From Marinobacter salexigens (GTDB lineage Bacteria > Pseudomonadota > Gammaproteobacteria > Pseudomonadales > Oleiphilaceae): DNA of 32,000 bases. Position numbers and translations under genes: made by a program. Below, one piece after another: positions 1 through 9,400 of this stretch. Under the pieces are notes generated by a model that saw only the letters and a program-made list of their open reading frames with translations, did no database searches and was not told where the DNA came from. Location of the stretch: contig NZ_JAHKPV010000021.1 in NCBI RefSeq assembly GCF_018860765.1, positions 978,667 through 1,010,666 on the forward strand, in the 5' to 3' direction. How positions within the stretch are numbered: the first letter of the stretch is position 1; every line of letters starts with the position of its first letter.

Positions 1-802
1 CGCGGCCTCCGCCATTTTCCCGGATACGCAGGGTTTCGGATGTGCCGGATAAGCCCGAGGGTTTTCCAAGGGATATTAAGGAGACAGGCTTAAGATCCCG
101 ATCTGGGTAACGTTGGCGCGATGCCTCACCCGGTGCGTTTCTAGCATCGCCAGTAAAGTCCCGATACAGCCACTTAGCTTTGCTAGCCAGAAAGCTAACG
201 CCAGCTTCATCTAGCACCACCATCTCAGCTTCCCGCACGGAAGCGGGCCTGTGCCACTGAGATTCCAGCTCATGCACCAAGACCTTAACCGTAACAATGC
301 CGAGAATTTCGGAATTCTCGCCACGCACTGGGTGGGAGAAATAGAGGCCACGAACACCAGACATAAGCCCGAGCGCAAAATATACCGCCGAAGTACCGCC
401 CTTCATAGCCTCGTAAAAATAGGGCCTGAACGCGAAATTTTTACCTACAAAACTGCTGTCTTGCTGGTAGTTATTGGCCGCAATGGTCAAGCCAGAAGTG
501 TCCATCAGGTAAACATCCGAACTGCCAACGATGGTAGCCATACGCTGCATTTCTTCGTTGGCCCGATGAACAATGGAAGGATTATTCGGAGCACTCAGAG
601 CAGACGCAAGCAAGGGGTGCTCTGCCATCAACTCGGGAATTGGCAGGTAACGGTTAAGCTCGTTACCCACAAGTTGTCGGTAGCGGAAGGATTCCTCAAG
701 GCTGTCTTGTTCAACCTGCCGATAGCCAACCCAGCCACCCAGCACCCAAGACACCGAAAGGGTGATCACGAACACAACAAAAGCGCCTATCCGGTAGGAC
801 AT
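1..802 (-). CDS. Sensor histidine kinase, N-terminal part (DctB-like periplasmic sensor domain); the 3' end lies beyond the window edge
   Basis: I translated the minus strand from the ATG at 802-800. It gives 267 codons with no stop, running to position 2. The ORF track omits it because it has no in-window stop. An N-terminal TM helix (IGAFVVFVITLSVSWVLGGWV) is followed by SFVGKNFAFRPYFYEAMKGG...YFALG...RGLYFSHPV, motifs typical of the DctB-type periplasmic sensor domain. It lies directly downstream of the TRAP transporter genes on the same strand. Confidence 0.65.
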   Translation of the reverse strand, partial: MSYRIGAFVVFVITLSVSWVLGGWVGYRQVEQDSLEESFRYRQLVGNELNRYLPIPELMAEHPLLASALSAPNNPSIVHRANEEMQRMATIVGSSDVYLMDTSGLTIAANNYQQDSSFVGKNFAFRPYFYEAMKGGTSAVYFALGLMSGVRGLYFSHPVRGENSEILGIVTVKVLVHELESQWHRPASVREAEMVVLDEAGVSFLASKAKWLYRDFTGDARNAPGEASRQRYPDRDLKPVSLISLGKPSGLSGTSETLRIRENGGGR

Positions 803-842
803 AGCCCGGTTCCCGCAACACCGTTAAAGGACGCCAGAGTAT

Positions 843-875
843 CGCCCGCTCCCTTGAAGGACAAGGGCGCGGGCG
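843..875 (-). other. GC-rich stem-loop between the permease stop and the kinase start (possible attenuator or mRNA stabiliser; no U-tract)
   Basis: Arms 843-856 (cgcccgctcccttg) and 862-875 (caagggcgcgggcg) pair at 13 of 14 positions around the 5-nt loop aagga. No T-run follows on the minus strand, so it is not a classical intrinsic terminator. Confidence 0.3.
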
Positions 876-888
876 ACGATAGACAAAC

Positions 889-3069
889 TCAGGCTGCTGC
901 TAAGCGGCTCTTGCGCTGGCGTTGCATCAAAAACGCCAATGCTGCAAGCCCAATACCAGCAAGGTCTGACACCATGCCACCCTCAATCATCAGCAATGCG
1001 GCGCCTATCAACAGCAAGCGGGCTATCCAAGAAGCCGTGACATTGCCGAACCAACCCAGCACGCCACCAGAGAGCAGATACACACCAAACAGAGCAGTAA
1101 CAAGTGCGCGTGCAATGTCGAACCATCCGGCTTCCATTAGCAAGGCGCCGTTATAGAAGAACATAAAGGGTACGATGAACGCCGCAATACCAATGCGGAA
1201 GGATGCCACCGAGGTTTCCATAGCATTGGCACCGGAAATCCCCGCCGCCGCATAAGACGCCAGCGCGACCGGAGGCGTAATCGCAGAAACCACCGCAAAG
1301 TAGAACACAAAGAAATGCGCTGTAAGCGGCTCAATACCTAGCTGGACTAGGCCAGGCGCAACCACCGAAGCCGCGACCGCATACGCCGCAGTAGTGGGCA
1401 TGCCCATGCCCAGCAGAATGGAGATAAACATAGCAAAAACCAACGCCAATAATTGGCTAGCCTCTGCTACATCAAGCAGGAGAACCGAGAAGCGGGCACC
1501 AACACCCGTCAGGGAAATAACACCCACAATAACGCCCGCTGCCGCACACACCACAATGATCTGTATGGCCATGTAGGAGGCAATTTCCAGCGCATTCAGG
1601 ATCTGCCGAATACCCATCTTGTTGGGTGAGAACCAGCTAACAACCGCTGCAGACACCATCGCCAGAGTACCGGCGCGTATCACCGAATAGCCCATGAACA
1701 AAGCCACCACCAAAATAATAATCGGCAGGAACAAGTAACACTGCTTAGCCATGGTGCGTAGCTTTGGCAGCTCATCTTCACGCATGCCACGCATACCGGT
1801 TTTCGCCGCTTCAAAATCCACCATAAAATACACAGAAGCAAAGTAGAGAATTGCAGGAATAATGGCCGCGATGGCAATTTCGGTATAAGGGATACCGGTA
1901 ATCTCAGCCATGATGAAGGCACCGGCCCCCATAATTGGCGGCATAATCTGACCACCGGTAGAGGCTGCCGCTTCCACAGCGCCCGCAGACTTTTTGCTAT
2001 AACCCACTTTCTTCATGAGCGGGATAGTCAGTGAACCTGTAGAGACCACGTTGCCCGCGCTGGTGCCATTGATCATACCCATAAGACCAGAGGCGAAAAT
2101 TGATACCTTGGCAGGACCACCCCGAGAGCGCCCAGCAGCTGCAAACGCAAAGTTCACAAAATAGTCACCCACTTTGGACGACTGCAAAAATGCGGCAAAA
2201 ATAATGAAAAGAATAATATAGGTAGACGACACCGCCGTGGTGGGCCCAAGAATACCGGCGTCGGTATACACCTGACTGAAAAAGCGTTGTACCGATAGCC
2301 CCGGATAACCCAAAAAGCCCGGCAGATACGGCCCAGCAAACACATACACCAGAAATACAAGCCCGATAATCACCAGAGCCAACCCGGCCACTCGGCGAGT
2401 AAGCTCCATAATCAAAGCAGTACCCGCTACAGCGGCAAAAGATATGCCCACTGGAGCAAATGAGGTACCCGTGGACATACGCATAGAGGTGTTAAAAGCC
2501 ACAAGAAAGTATGCAGCGACGGCGATTGAGCAAACAATCAGCACTAGATCTGGAACACTAAAGCGCGAGCGTTCACGCTGGTGAAACCAGCTCATCACAA
2601 TACCAACGCCCGTTGCCGCTAGCAGCGGCCAACCAAAATGCCAGGTTTCCAGATCAACCGGAATTCGCATAGCGCCGTTCTGAATCATCTGCCAGAACGA
2701 GTAAGTTTGATACAGCACATAAAAAGCAGGCAATAGCGCCACAGCGCCAACCCAAGTTGTCCAGCGGTGGCGGGCTGATCCTTCTTCCGCCGACACAAAA
2801 CGTGCACCCGCAAACAAAACAAACCCCAGAACCAGAGCCCCGGCAATGTGCACTATCCGGAACGACCAGGTTTCTAAAGGGGCTATATTCAGGGAGTAGA
2901 GGTGAAAGGAGGAATAAACAATGGCCAGCAAAGTTACAAACTTCAGCATGCCGCCTTCAAACAGCCTGCGGTTTGCCTCTACAGGTTCCTGATCTACATC
3001 GTGGGCAAGTACGTGGTCTTCGCCCACCTCCACATCAGAAAAATCTTTGGGGTGTCGTTCGAGTGTCAT
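889..3069 (-). CDS. TRAP transporter fused permease (4TM/12TM, TAXI-associated type)
   Basis: This is a 726-aa, very hydrophobic multi-TM ORF. Its ATG at 3069 is preceded by AGGAA. Size and architecture fit the fused small/large permease found with TAXI receptors, and it lies immediately downstream of the receptor gene. Confidence 0.85.
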   Translation of the reverse strand: MTLERHPKDFSDVEVGEDHVLAHDVDQEPVEANRRLFEGGMLKFVTLLAIVYSSFHLYSLNIAPLETWSFRIVHIAGALVLGFVLFAGARFVSAEEGSARHRWTTWVGAVALLPAFYVLYQTYSFWQMIQNGAMRIPVDLETWHFGWPLLAATGVGIVMSWFHQRERSRFSVPDLVLIVCSIAVAAYFLVAFNTSMRMSTGTSFAPVGISFAAVAGTALIMELTRRVAGLALVIIGLVFLVYVFAGPYLPGFLGYPGLSVQRFFSQVYTDAGILGPTTAVSSTYIILFIIFAAFLQSSKVGDYFVNFAFAAAGRSRGGPAKVSIFASGLMGMINGTSAGNVVSTGSLTIPLMKKVGYSKKSAGAVEAAASTGGQIMPPIMGAGAFIMAEITGIPYTEIAIAAIIPAILYFASVYFMVDFEAAKTGMRGMREDELPKLRTMAKQCYLFLPIIILVVALFMGYSVIRAGTLAMVSAAVVSWFSPNKMGIRQILNALEIASYMAIQIIVVCAAAGVIVGVISLTGVGARFSVLLLDVAEASQLLALVFAMFISILLGMGMPTTAAYAVAASVVAPGLVQLGIEPLTAHFFVFYFAVVSAITPPVALASYAAAGISGANAMETSVASFRIGIAAFIVPFMFFYNGALLMEAGWFDIARALVTALFGVYLLSGGVLGWFGNVTASWIARLLLIGAALLMIEGGMVSDLAGIGLAALAFLMQRQRKSRLAAA

Positions 3070-3124
3070 TGGGGGTTCCTGCCTACAGGCAAATCGGAGC
3101 CAGCACAGCGCCAGCTATTATTCA

Positions 3125-3140
3125 GGGGCCTTGCGGCCCC
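3125..3140 (-). other. Short intercistronic hairpin between the receptor and permease genes
   Basis: GGGGCC-ttgc-GGCCCC forms a 6-bp GC stem with a 4-nt loop, inside the 99-nt gap after the receptor stop. This arrangement is common in transporter operons, where it is thought to stabilise the receptor mRNA segment. Function here is inferred. Confidence 0.3.
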
Positions 3141-3168
3141 CTTCTCTCAGCTATTCAGATCAAAAACC

Positions 3169-4146
3169 TTATTTGATCTTGCTCTTTTCGATGGTGTAGC
3201 CGTTCTCGTTGAACCAACGCGCTGCACCCGGATGCCAAGGCAGTACATTGTTCTTTTTGTAATTCTCAGGAATCGAATTACGGGCTGCTTTGTGGATGGA
3301 AACCATCCGGTCGTTCTGCTCCATAGTCAGCTTGGTGATTTCATACACAAAGCTTTCCGGCATATCGCAGTTCACCATGGCAAAGTTCCACATGGATACA
3401 ACGCGCGAAGGCTCATCCAGTGATTGGTAAGTGCTCGCCGGAATGACGAACTCAGACACCGGGAACGCATCTGTTACCTTCTTTGCTTCGGCATCTGTCA
3501 TACCAATGATGTTCACATCGGTTTGAACCTCAAGCTGGCTAACCGCCGGAATTGGAATGCCTGCAGCGAAGGCCACAACATCAATCAGGCCATCCTGAAG
3601 CTGGCCACCAAGATCAGACCAACTGCCGTTGCGGCGCTTAAAGTCTACGCCCAGAGTTTCCATCATGCGCGGGAAGTACGTATCGGAGGTTGAGCCCGCC
3701 GGTCCAAAACCGATGGTGGCGCCATCCGGGATGTCAGAGATAGAGGTGATTCCAGAACTGCTTAGTGCAGTTACAGAGAAAGGCGTTTCGTACATGGGGA
3801 ACATGGCACAGACGTTATCCATCTTCATGCCTGGCGCCAACGGGCTGTTGCCATCCATGGATTCACGGGCCGGGCCCATGGTGGTTAGGCCAAACTTGAG
3901 GTCGCCAGTGTGAACCAACGCCATATTCTGCATAGGCCCGCCGGTAATTTCAGCACCGCCGGAAACCCCTAGGCTTTCTGCAACAAAGTTGGCCCAGCCA
4001 GAGCCATACGCAAAATAGGTACCGCCTTGGCTGGCCGTTCCCACCGTAAAGTTATCTGGCCAACCAGCACGGTCCTGAGCAATAGCAGGACTAGCAACAA
4101 CAAGAGTAGAGGCGAATGCCGCCGCCATAATGGCTTGGGTCTTCAT
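3169..4146 (-). CDS. TAXI-family TRAP transporter solute-binding protein
   Basis: The ORF-track frame is 3169-4230. I place the start at ATG 4146, which gives MKTQAIMAAAFASTLVVASPAIA, a Sec signal peptide, with AGGGAG 8 nt upstream. GTASQGGTYFAYGSGWA is typical of TAXI receptors. The longer N-terminus would run through the predicted promoter. Confidence 0.85.
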   Translation of the reverse strand: MKTQAIMAAAFASTLVVASPAIAQDRAGWPDNFTVGTASQGGTYFAYGSGWANFVAESLGVSGGAEITGGPMQNMALVHTGDLKFGLTTMGPARESMDGNSPLAPGMKMDNVCAMFPMYETPFSVTALSSSGITSISDIPDGATIGFGPAGSTSDTYFPRMMETLGVDFKRRNGSWSDLGGQLQDGLIDVVAFAAGIPIPAVSQLEVQTDVNIIGMTDAEAKKVTDAFPVSEFVIPASTYQSLDEPSRVVSMWNFAMVNCDMPESFVYEITKLTMEQNDRMVSIHKAARNSIPENYKKNNVLPWHPGAARWFNENGYTIEKSKIK

Positions 4147-4225
4147 AGAGAATGCTCCCTGATTCGTTTTGTTAGTTAATTGGGTGCTAAGACGGAGCCC
4201 TGATGGGCTGCGGTAATAAGGAAAT

Positions 4226-4241
4226 TGCAAATAGCGGGCCA
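4226..4241 (-). promoter_or_regulatory. Candidate sigma-54 (-24/-12) promoter for the TRAP operon
   Basis: The minus strand reads TGGCCCG-CTAT-TTGCA, against the consensus TGGCACG-N4-TTGCW. There is one mismatch and the GG/GC spacing is correct. It lies about 80 nt upstream of ATG 4146. It fits DctB/DctD-type (sigma-54 dependent) control, given the adjacent DctB-like kinase. Confidence 0.45.
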
Positions 4242-4272
4242 GATTAAAAAGAACTTATAAAACAACAACTTT

Positions 4273-4301
4273 CTGAAAACCTACAAAGTAGGCACTATAA
4301 A
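4273..4301 (+). promoter_or_regulatory. Candidate sigma-70 promoter facing the DJ-1/HAD genes
   Basis: CTGAAA-17 nt-TATAAA. The spacer contains the small palindrome CCTACaaaGTAGG. It would give a ~215-nt leader, so the assignment is weak. Confidence 0.25.
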
Positions 4302-4521
4302 ATGGGTACGCTATCACCCATTATTAAAGCCCCGTGGGTTGAATTCCGCCACACCGAAGAAGCAAAAGGTGCAAAGACCAACCATGTCATTTCCGTTTTA
4401 TACCGTCGGCTGTAATCTAATCCCACTAGGGGAGCGTGAGTAAGCCGAGCACTGGGCGAGACAAGCATGATAACTGACGACTCATGGACGAAGCGACGCT
4501 CATACCAGTTGAGGAGAACGC

Positions 4522-5148
4522 ATGAATTTTGGAATATTGGTTTTTGACGGAGTCGAAGAGCTCGATTTCATAGGGCCGTGGGAAGTTCTAAAAATCTGGT
4601 CAAAGATCGCTGGCGGTCCGGAAAACTGCTTCATTGTTGCAGAGTCAAAATCTCCTACCATCTGCGCCAGAGACCTATCTATTAATCCACATGTCTCCTT
4701 TAACGATTGCCCAGAGCTAGATTATCTTCTGGTACCGGGGGGCCAAGGGACTCGCAAAGAGGTCAAAAACCGAGCTCTGACCGAGTTTGTAGCAAAGCAA
4801 GCACAACACTGCCAAACAGTGTTGTCCGTGTGTACGGGTTCCTTCATTCTCCATGCTGCAGGACTGTTGTCAGGCAAAAAAGCAACAACCCATTGGGCCT
4901 CACTTGATCGCCTGAGAGCCTTGGGGGATGTCGAAGTAGTAGAAGAGCGGTTTGTAGAGGATGGAAACATTTGGACATCGGCAGGAATCTCTGCGGGCAT
5001 CGACTTAATGCTGGCTTTCATTGCGCACACTGCAGGCGAGAAAGCAGCTGGTCAGGTTCAGTTCAGCTCAGAGTATTACCCCGCTCCAACCGTTTACGGG
5101 CAACCTGAACAGCACCCAGATGCGCCCATGTACCTAAAACGCCACTGA
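4522..5148 (+). CDS. DJ-1/PfpI family protein (class I glutamine amidotransferase-like fold)
   Basis: 208 aa. The N-terminus ILVFDGVEELDFIGPWEV and the nucleophile-elbow motif SVCTGSFILHAAGLL are typical of the family. GAGGAG lies 6 nt upstream of the ATG. Confidence 0.85.
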   Translation: MNFGILVFDGVEELDFIGPWEVLKIWSKIAGGPENCFIVAESKSPTICARDLSINPHVSFNDCPELDYLLVPGGQGTRKEVKNRALTEFVAKQAQHCQTVLSVCTGSFILHAAGLLSGKKATTHWASLDRLRALGDVEVVEERFVEDGNIWTSAGISAGIDLMLAFIAHTAGEKAAGQVQFSSEYYPAPTVYGQPEQHPDAPMYLKRH

Positions 5149-5185
5149 GCCTCCATTACTAACCCCTCTCAGGAACCTCCCCAAC

Positions 5186-5851
5186 ATGCCCATCCAAGCT
5201 GTACTCTTCGACCACGACGGAACATTAGTCAACTCCGAACCAACCCACCTGAAGCTATGGAATGCGGTTCTTCGTGATTACGGCGTTGAGCTTTCAGACC
5301 AAGAGTACAAGGATCTATACGCAGGCGTTCCAACCCCCACCAATGCCACTGATCTGATCAGTCGATTTCGAATTCCGTCCACCGCAGCAGATCTAATAGC
5401 GGCGAAGCAACTTGAAACCAAGAGGTATCTGGAGGAGCAGTCTTTTCCGCTTATGCCGGGCGTTTCCGAAACGATCTTGGCGCTCGATAAGTTAGGCCTA
5501 AAGCTCGGTGTTGTAACCGGCGCAAGTGCGCACGGTTTGGGTGTAACCCTTCGTGCTAATAAGTTCGAATCGCTATTTAGCCTCACTGTATCGGGAGACG
5601 ATGTGCTCAGAAGCAAGCCCGCGCCGGATTGCTACCTATTGGCACTGGAACACCTTTCGCTGCAACCAGAACACTGCATAGCGATTGAAGATACCGAACA
5701 CGGGCTGCGCGCAGCCGCAGCGGCTGGCATTCGATGCTTGGCCATTCCCACAGAGATGTCCAAGCACCACGATTTCTCTCTAGCTACTGCGGTTTTGCCA
5801 GATATGAACGCCGCGTTTGAATATGTTAAAGAACGCTCCGCGCAAGCATAA
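5186..5851 (+). CDS. HAD-superfamily hydrolase (subfamily IA, beta-phosphoglucomutase/phosphatase-like)
   Basis: 221 aa. It shows HAD motif I (LFDHDGTLVNSE), motif II (VVTGAS) and a C-terminal IEDTEHG acidic motif. Confidence 0.85.
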   Translation: MPIQAVLFDHDGTLVNSEPTHLKLWNAVLRDYGVELSDQEYKDLYAGVPTPTNATDLISRFRIPSTAADLIAAKQLETKRYLEEQSFPLMPGVSETILALDKLGLKLGVVTGASAHGLGVTLRANKFESLFSLTVSGDDVLRSKPAPDCYLLALEHLSLQPEHCIAIEDTEHGLRAAAAAGIRCLAIPTEMSKHHDFSLATAVLPDMNAAFEYVKERSAQA

Positions 5852-6402
5852 ACGCGCAGCACTTCTTGGAGAGACTCTCCCCGCCCCTACCTAGATTAAT
5901 CACTTGCTGCACTCTTGTTGTCCGGTCTGGCACACCTGAACGTCGTGCTCATACCACGAAACGTTACAGACGTTGTGACCGGGGGACAGGCCGGGCCACT
6001 CCAGCCCTTTCTTTGACGGCAAGGAACGGGCGACAGTGTTGATACTCGCCATGACAGCCTCAAACACTAAGCCTTCTAGGCGAGCAAGGACTTCGAGTTC
6101 CGTCAATTGACTCGCCGGAAGGGTGCCCGGCGAGGCGTGGCGCCCGCCCATATTCTAGCTGCTAGTTGCTTTCCGCTCTTGAACACACCTTCGCGCCAGC
6201 ATTGCAGGTAAGCCGCATTGGCTGAAGCCTTCTCACCCCTCCTCTTCCGATGCGGTGTAAAGCTGGCGTTGCCGCTACAGATGCGTGGGCCGCAGTCAAA
6301 GGCGCTGAGCGGGTGAATGTTCTCGCCAATGTTCGCAACAATCCAACGCTTAATATCCAGCGCGGTGGATCTGAGCGTTGATAAGGGATTGCTGCACGTT
6401 GA

Positions 6403-9400
6403 TTTCTAAGCCGCCTGCATGGCGGCGAACGCTGTAGCTGTCCGCCGCGTGATCTTCGTTCGTTTCTAAGCCGCCTGCATGGCGGCGAACTAAATCGCGC
6501 TGCACTAGAGGCTATGGTGAAGTTTCTAAGCCGCCTGCATGGCGGCGAACTGCGGGCAGCTTGCGCAGGTGCGGGCCGTATTTTTCTAAGCCGCCTGCAT
6601 GGCGGCGAACAAGTCGGGCGCGCCCTATCCGAGATTGCCGGTTTTCTAAGCCGCCTGCATGGCGGCGAACTCCTCGGTGATCTTTCCCTTGGAGGTGGGC
6701 ACTTTCTAAGCCGCCTGCATGGCGGCGAACAGGAGGGCTCAGGCGATGAGTGATGTGAGAGATTTCTAAGCCGCCTGCATGGCGGCGAACCAAACGACCC
6801 AACCGTTCGTCATGCTTAATCATTTCTAAGCCGCCTGCATGGCGGCGAACGTTAAGCGGGGGCGTTGTGGTCGGTGATAGCTTTTCTAAGCCGCCTGCAT
6901 GGCGGCGAACGAGTCCGGCCCTGACTACGACTGGGTCGTAACTTTCTAAGCCGCCTGCATGGCGGCGAACGGTTACGCAACCAACTCTCAACCACTATGA
7001 ACTTTCTAAGCCGCCTGCATGGCGGCGAACCGACCACTGCCGGGAGCTTGTCGTCTGTTACCTTTCTAAGCCGCCTGCATGGCGGCGAACCGAGGCGTCC
7101 GAAATCGTGAGCTACACGGCTCTTTCTAAGCCGCCTGCATGGCGGCGAACCAGTTCGGCGATGAACGCGTCCAGCTGCGCAGTTTCTAAGCCGCCTGCAT
7201 GGCGGCGAACACAGCGCTGACAGTGGGAGCGGGGATTCTGCTTTTCTAAGCCGCCTGCATGGCGGCGAACTGGCCGTCTTTGTCCAGCAGGACGGACGCC
7301 TGTTTCTAAGCCGCCTGCATGGCGGCGAACGCCGTGGATATTAACTGATAAACGCGGCTACTTTTCTAAGCCGCCTGCATGGCGGCGAACACCTGAGATG
7401 ATACGCACCGCAACGCAAGGGATTTCTAAGCCGCCTGCATGGCGGCGAACATGCACGATATGTACTACATCGCCAGCCGCAATTTCTAAGCCGCCTGCAT
7501 GGCGGCGAACCTCTAGTGCGCATAATGTATAGCCGGTTAAAATTTCTAAGCCGCCTGCATGGCGGCGAACAAACTCGACCGCTGATACGTCCGCCTTGAA
7601 CATTTCTAAGCCGCCTGCATGGCGGCGAACTGATACGTCCAGTTTCGCGGTAACCGCATAGTTTTCTAAGCCGCCTGCATGGCGGCGAACCGCATGCGAG
7701 AGGAAGAGCGCCAGCGCCAAATTTTCTAAGCCGCCTGCATGGCGGCGAACAAGCTGTACCTGCTAGATGAGACGGCTATGCATTTCTAAGCCGCCTGCAT
7801 GGCGGCGAACGATCAGCTAAAGGCAAGAGTGGCGGAGCTTGATTTCTAAGCCGCCTGCATGGCGGCGAACATTTGTGGGGGCGGTGGCTGAGTTCGAGGG
7901 CTTTTCTAAGCCGCCTGCATGGCGGCGAACGAAGCCTCAGACGCAGAGCTGGCGCTAGAAAATTTCTAAGCCGCCTGCATGGCGGCGAACCTGAACCCGT
8001 TCGCAAAATCATCTTTAAATAATTTCTAAGCCGCCTGCATGGCGGCGAACATGAACCAGTCACCCAATGAATTGACGGTTACTTTCTAAGCCGCCTGCAT
8101 GGCGGCGAACTACACCGTGCCCAACGTTCCCTTTTGCGCTCTTTTCTAAGCCGCCTGCATGGCGGCGAACTAGCAGCGGCAAAAGCGGCCTTTTTGCTTG
8201 TTTTTCTAAGCCGCCTGCATGGCGGCGAACCATCGGCAGCAGTCACCGTCAATTTACTGGGGTTTCTAAGCCGCCTGCATGGCGGCGAACATACGGGCTT
8301 GTCAACAGCCAGTTGCATGATTTTTCTAAGCCGCCTGCATGGCGGCGAACATGACACCGGTAATTCGGGGACTGTCACGTTCGTTTCTAAGCCGCCTGCA
8401 TGGCGGCGAACCGAAGAGATCCCGCAAAATGAGGATGCGGCATTTTCTAAGCCGCCTGCATGGCGGCGAACTTTACATAACATCCACGGCGTACCTGCAC
8501 AAATTTCTAAGCCGCCTGCATGGCGGCGAACCGCATGGCGCGGGCTCAGGATCGGCGCTATATTTTCTAAGCCGCCTGCATGGCGGCGAACGAATAAGTG
8601 CTCCATTCCTGAAATCTGGCATATTTCTAAGCCGCCTGCATGGCGGCGAACAGCTGACGCCAGCGGCCCGCGCGCTGTTTGACTTTCTAAGCCGCCTGCA
8701 TGGCGGCGAACCATTGCCCATTATCGTCTTGTCGGATTCGCTGTTTCTAAGCCGCCTGCATGGCGGCGAACAGTGGAGGAAAGAACAGTGGCGGCGGCGG
8801 CATTTTCTAAGCCGCCTGCATGGCGGCGAACAATGCTCGTAATAAATTAACCCCGGCACGAAATTTCTAAGCCGCCTGCATGGCGGCGAACGTGTCAAGT
8901 ATTTTTTTCGTGCCCGCTACGCATTTCTAAGCCGCCTGCATGGCGGCGAACCCGAACGAAAAGCTGCAAATGGAGTTTCAGAATTTCTAAGCCGCCTGCA
9001 TGGCGGCGAACGCAAAAGGTGCGGCTGCAAAGCTCAGGCCGGATTTCTAAGCCGCCTGCATGGCGGCGAACCTAGGCTCTCGTTTCGCTTGGTAGCGGTA
9101 ATGTTTCTAAGCCGCCTGCATGGCGGCGAACGTAAAGCTAACGGCATGGTTACGGCTACACCTTTTCTAAGCCGCCTGCATGGCGGCGAACATTTGTCTT
9201 TTTGTGGTTCTGTCCTTATGAAATTTCTAAGCCGCCTGCATGGCGGCGAACTTGTAGGTTGGCGGTTAAGAAGCACCTACGAGTTTCTAAGCCGCCTGCA
9301 TGGCGGCGAACCTGAACAATTCTTTGGCCATTCATGACCAAGATTTCTAAGCCGCCTGCATGGCGGCGAACGGCATGTTGACCGAGCGGGTCGACGTGAC

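Noticed and set aside
251-1156. A 301-aa plus-strand ORF.
   Set aside because: It lies antisense to the DctB-like kinase N-terminus and the 3' end of the TRAP permease gene, both of which have clear protein signatures. Its sequence is low-complexity and R/P/A-rich, typical of antisense frames.
4147-4230. Longer N-terminal extensions offered by the ORF track for the TAXI receptor (to 4230), cas6f (to 13775), cas1 (to 21437) and prmC (to 31443).
   Set aside because: Internal ATGs give the family-typical N-termini, either a signal peptide or conserved Cas/PrmC starts, with better ribosome-binding sites. The extensions would overlap promoters or upstream genes.
4484-4525. A 13-codon upstream ORF (MDEATLIPVEENA) whose TGA overlaps the DJ-1 ATG. 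Also a 37-codon ORF at 4302-4415.
   Set aside because: Neither has a Shine-Dalgarno sequence or any recognisable feature. They are likely chance ORFs in a 290-nt intergenic region.
5861-5873. The palindrome GGAGAGaCTCTCC after the HAD gene, as a possible terminator.
   Set aside because: The loop is too tight and no T-tract follows, so it is not convincing.
6343-6370. A possible degenerate extra terminal repeat one period beyond the last perfect repeat.
   Set aside because: Only 10 of 28 positions match in register, mostly in ...gcggtgga versus gcggcgaa. That is too weak to call.
7571-7662. Spacers 20 and 21 share the 10-mer TGATACGTCC. Several other spacer pairs share 8-10-mers.
   Set aside because: The matches are internal, not terminal. 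Their number is about what is expected by chance for ~3.5 kb of spacer sequence.
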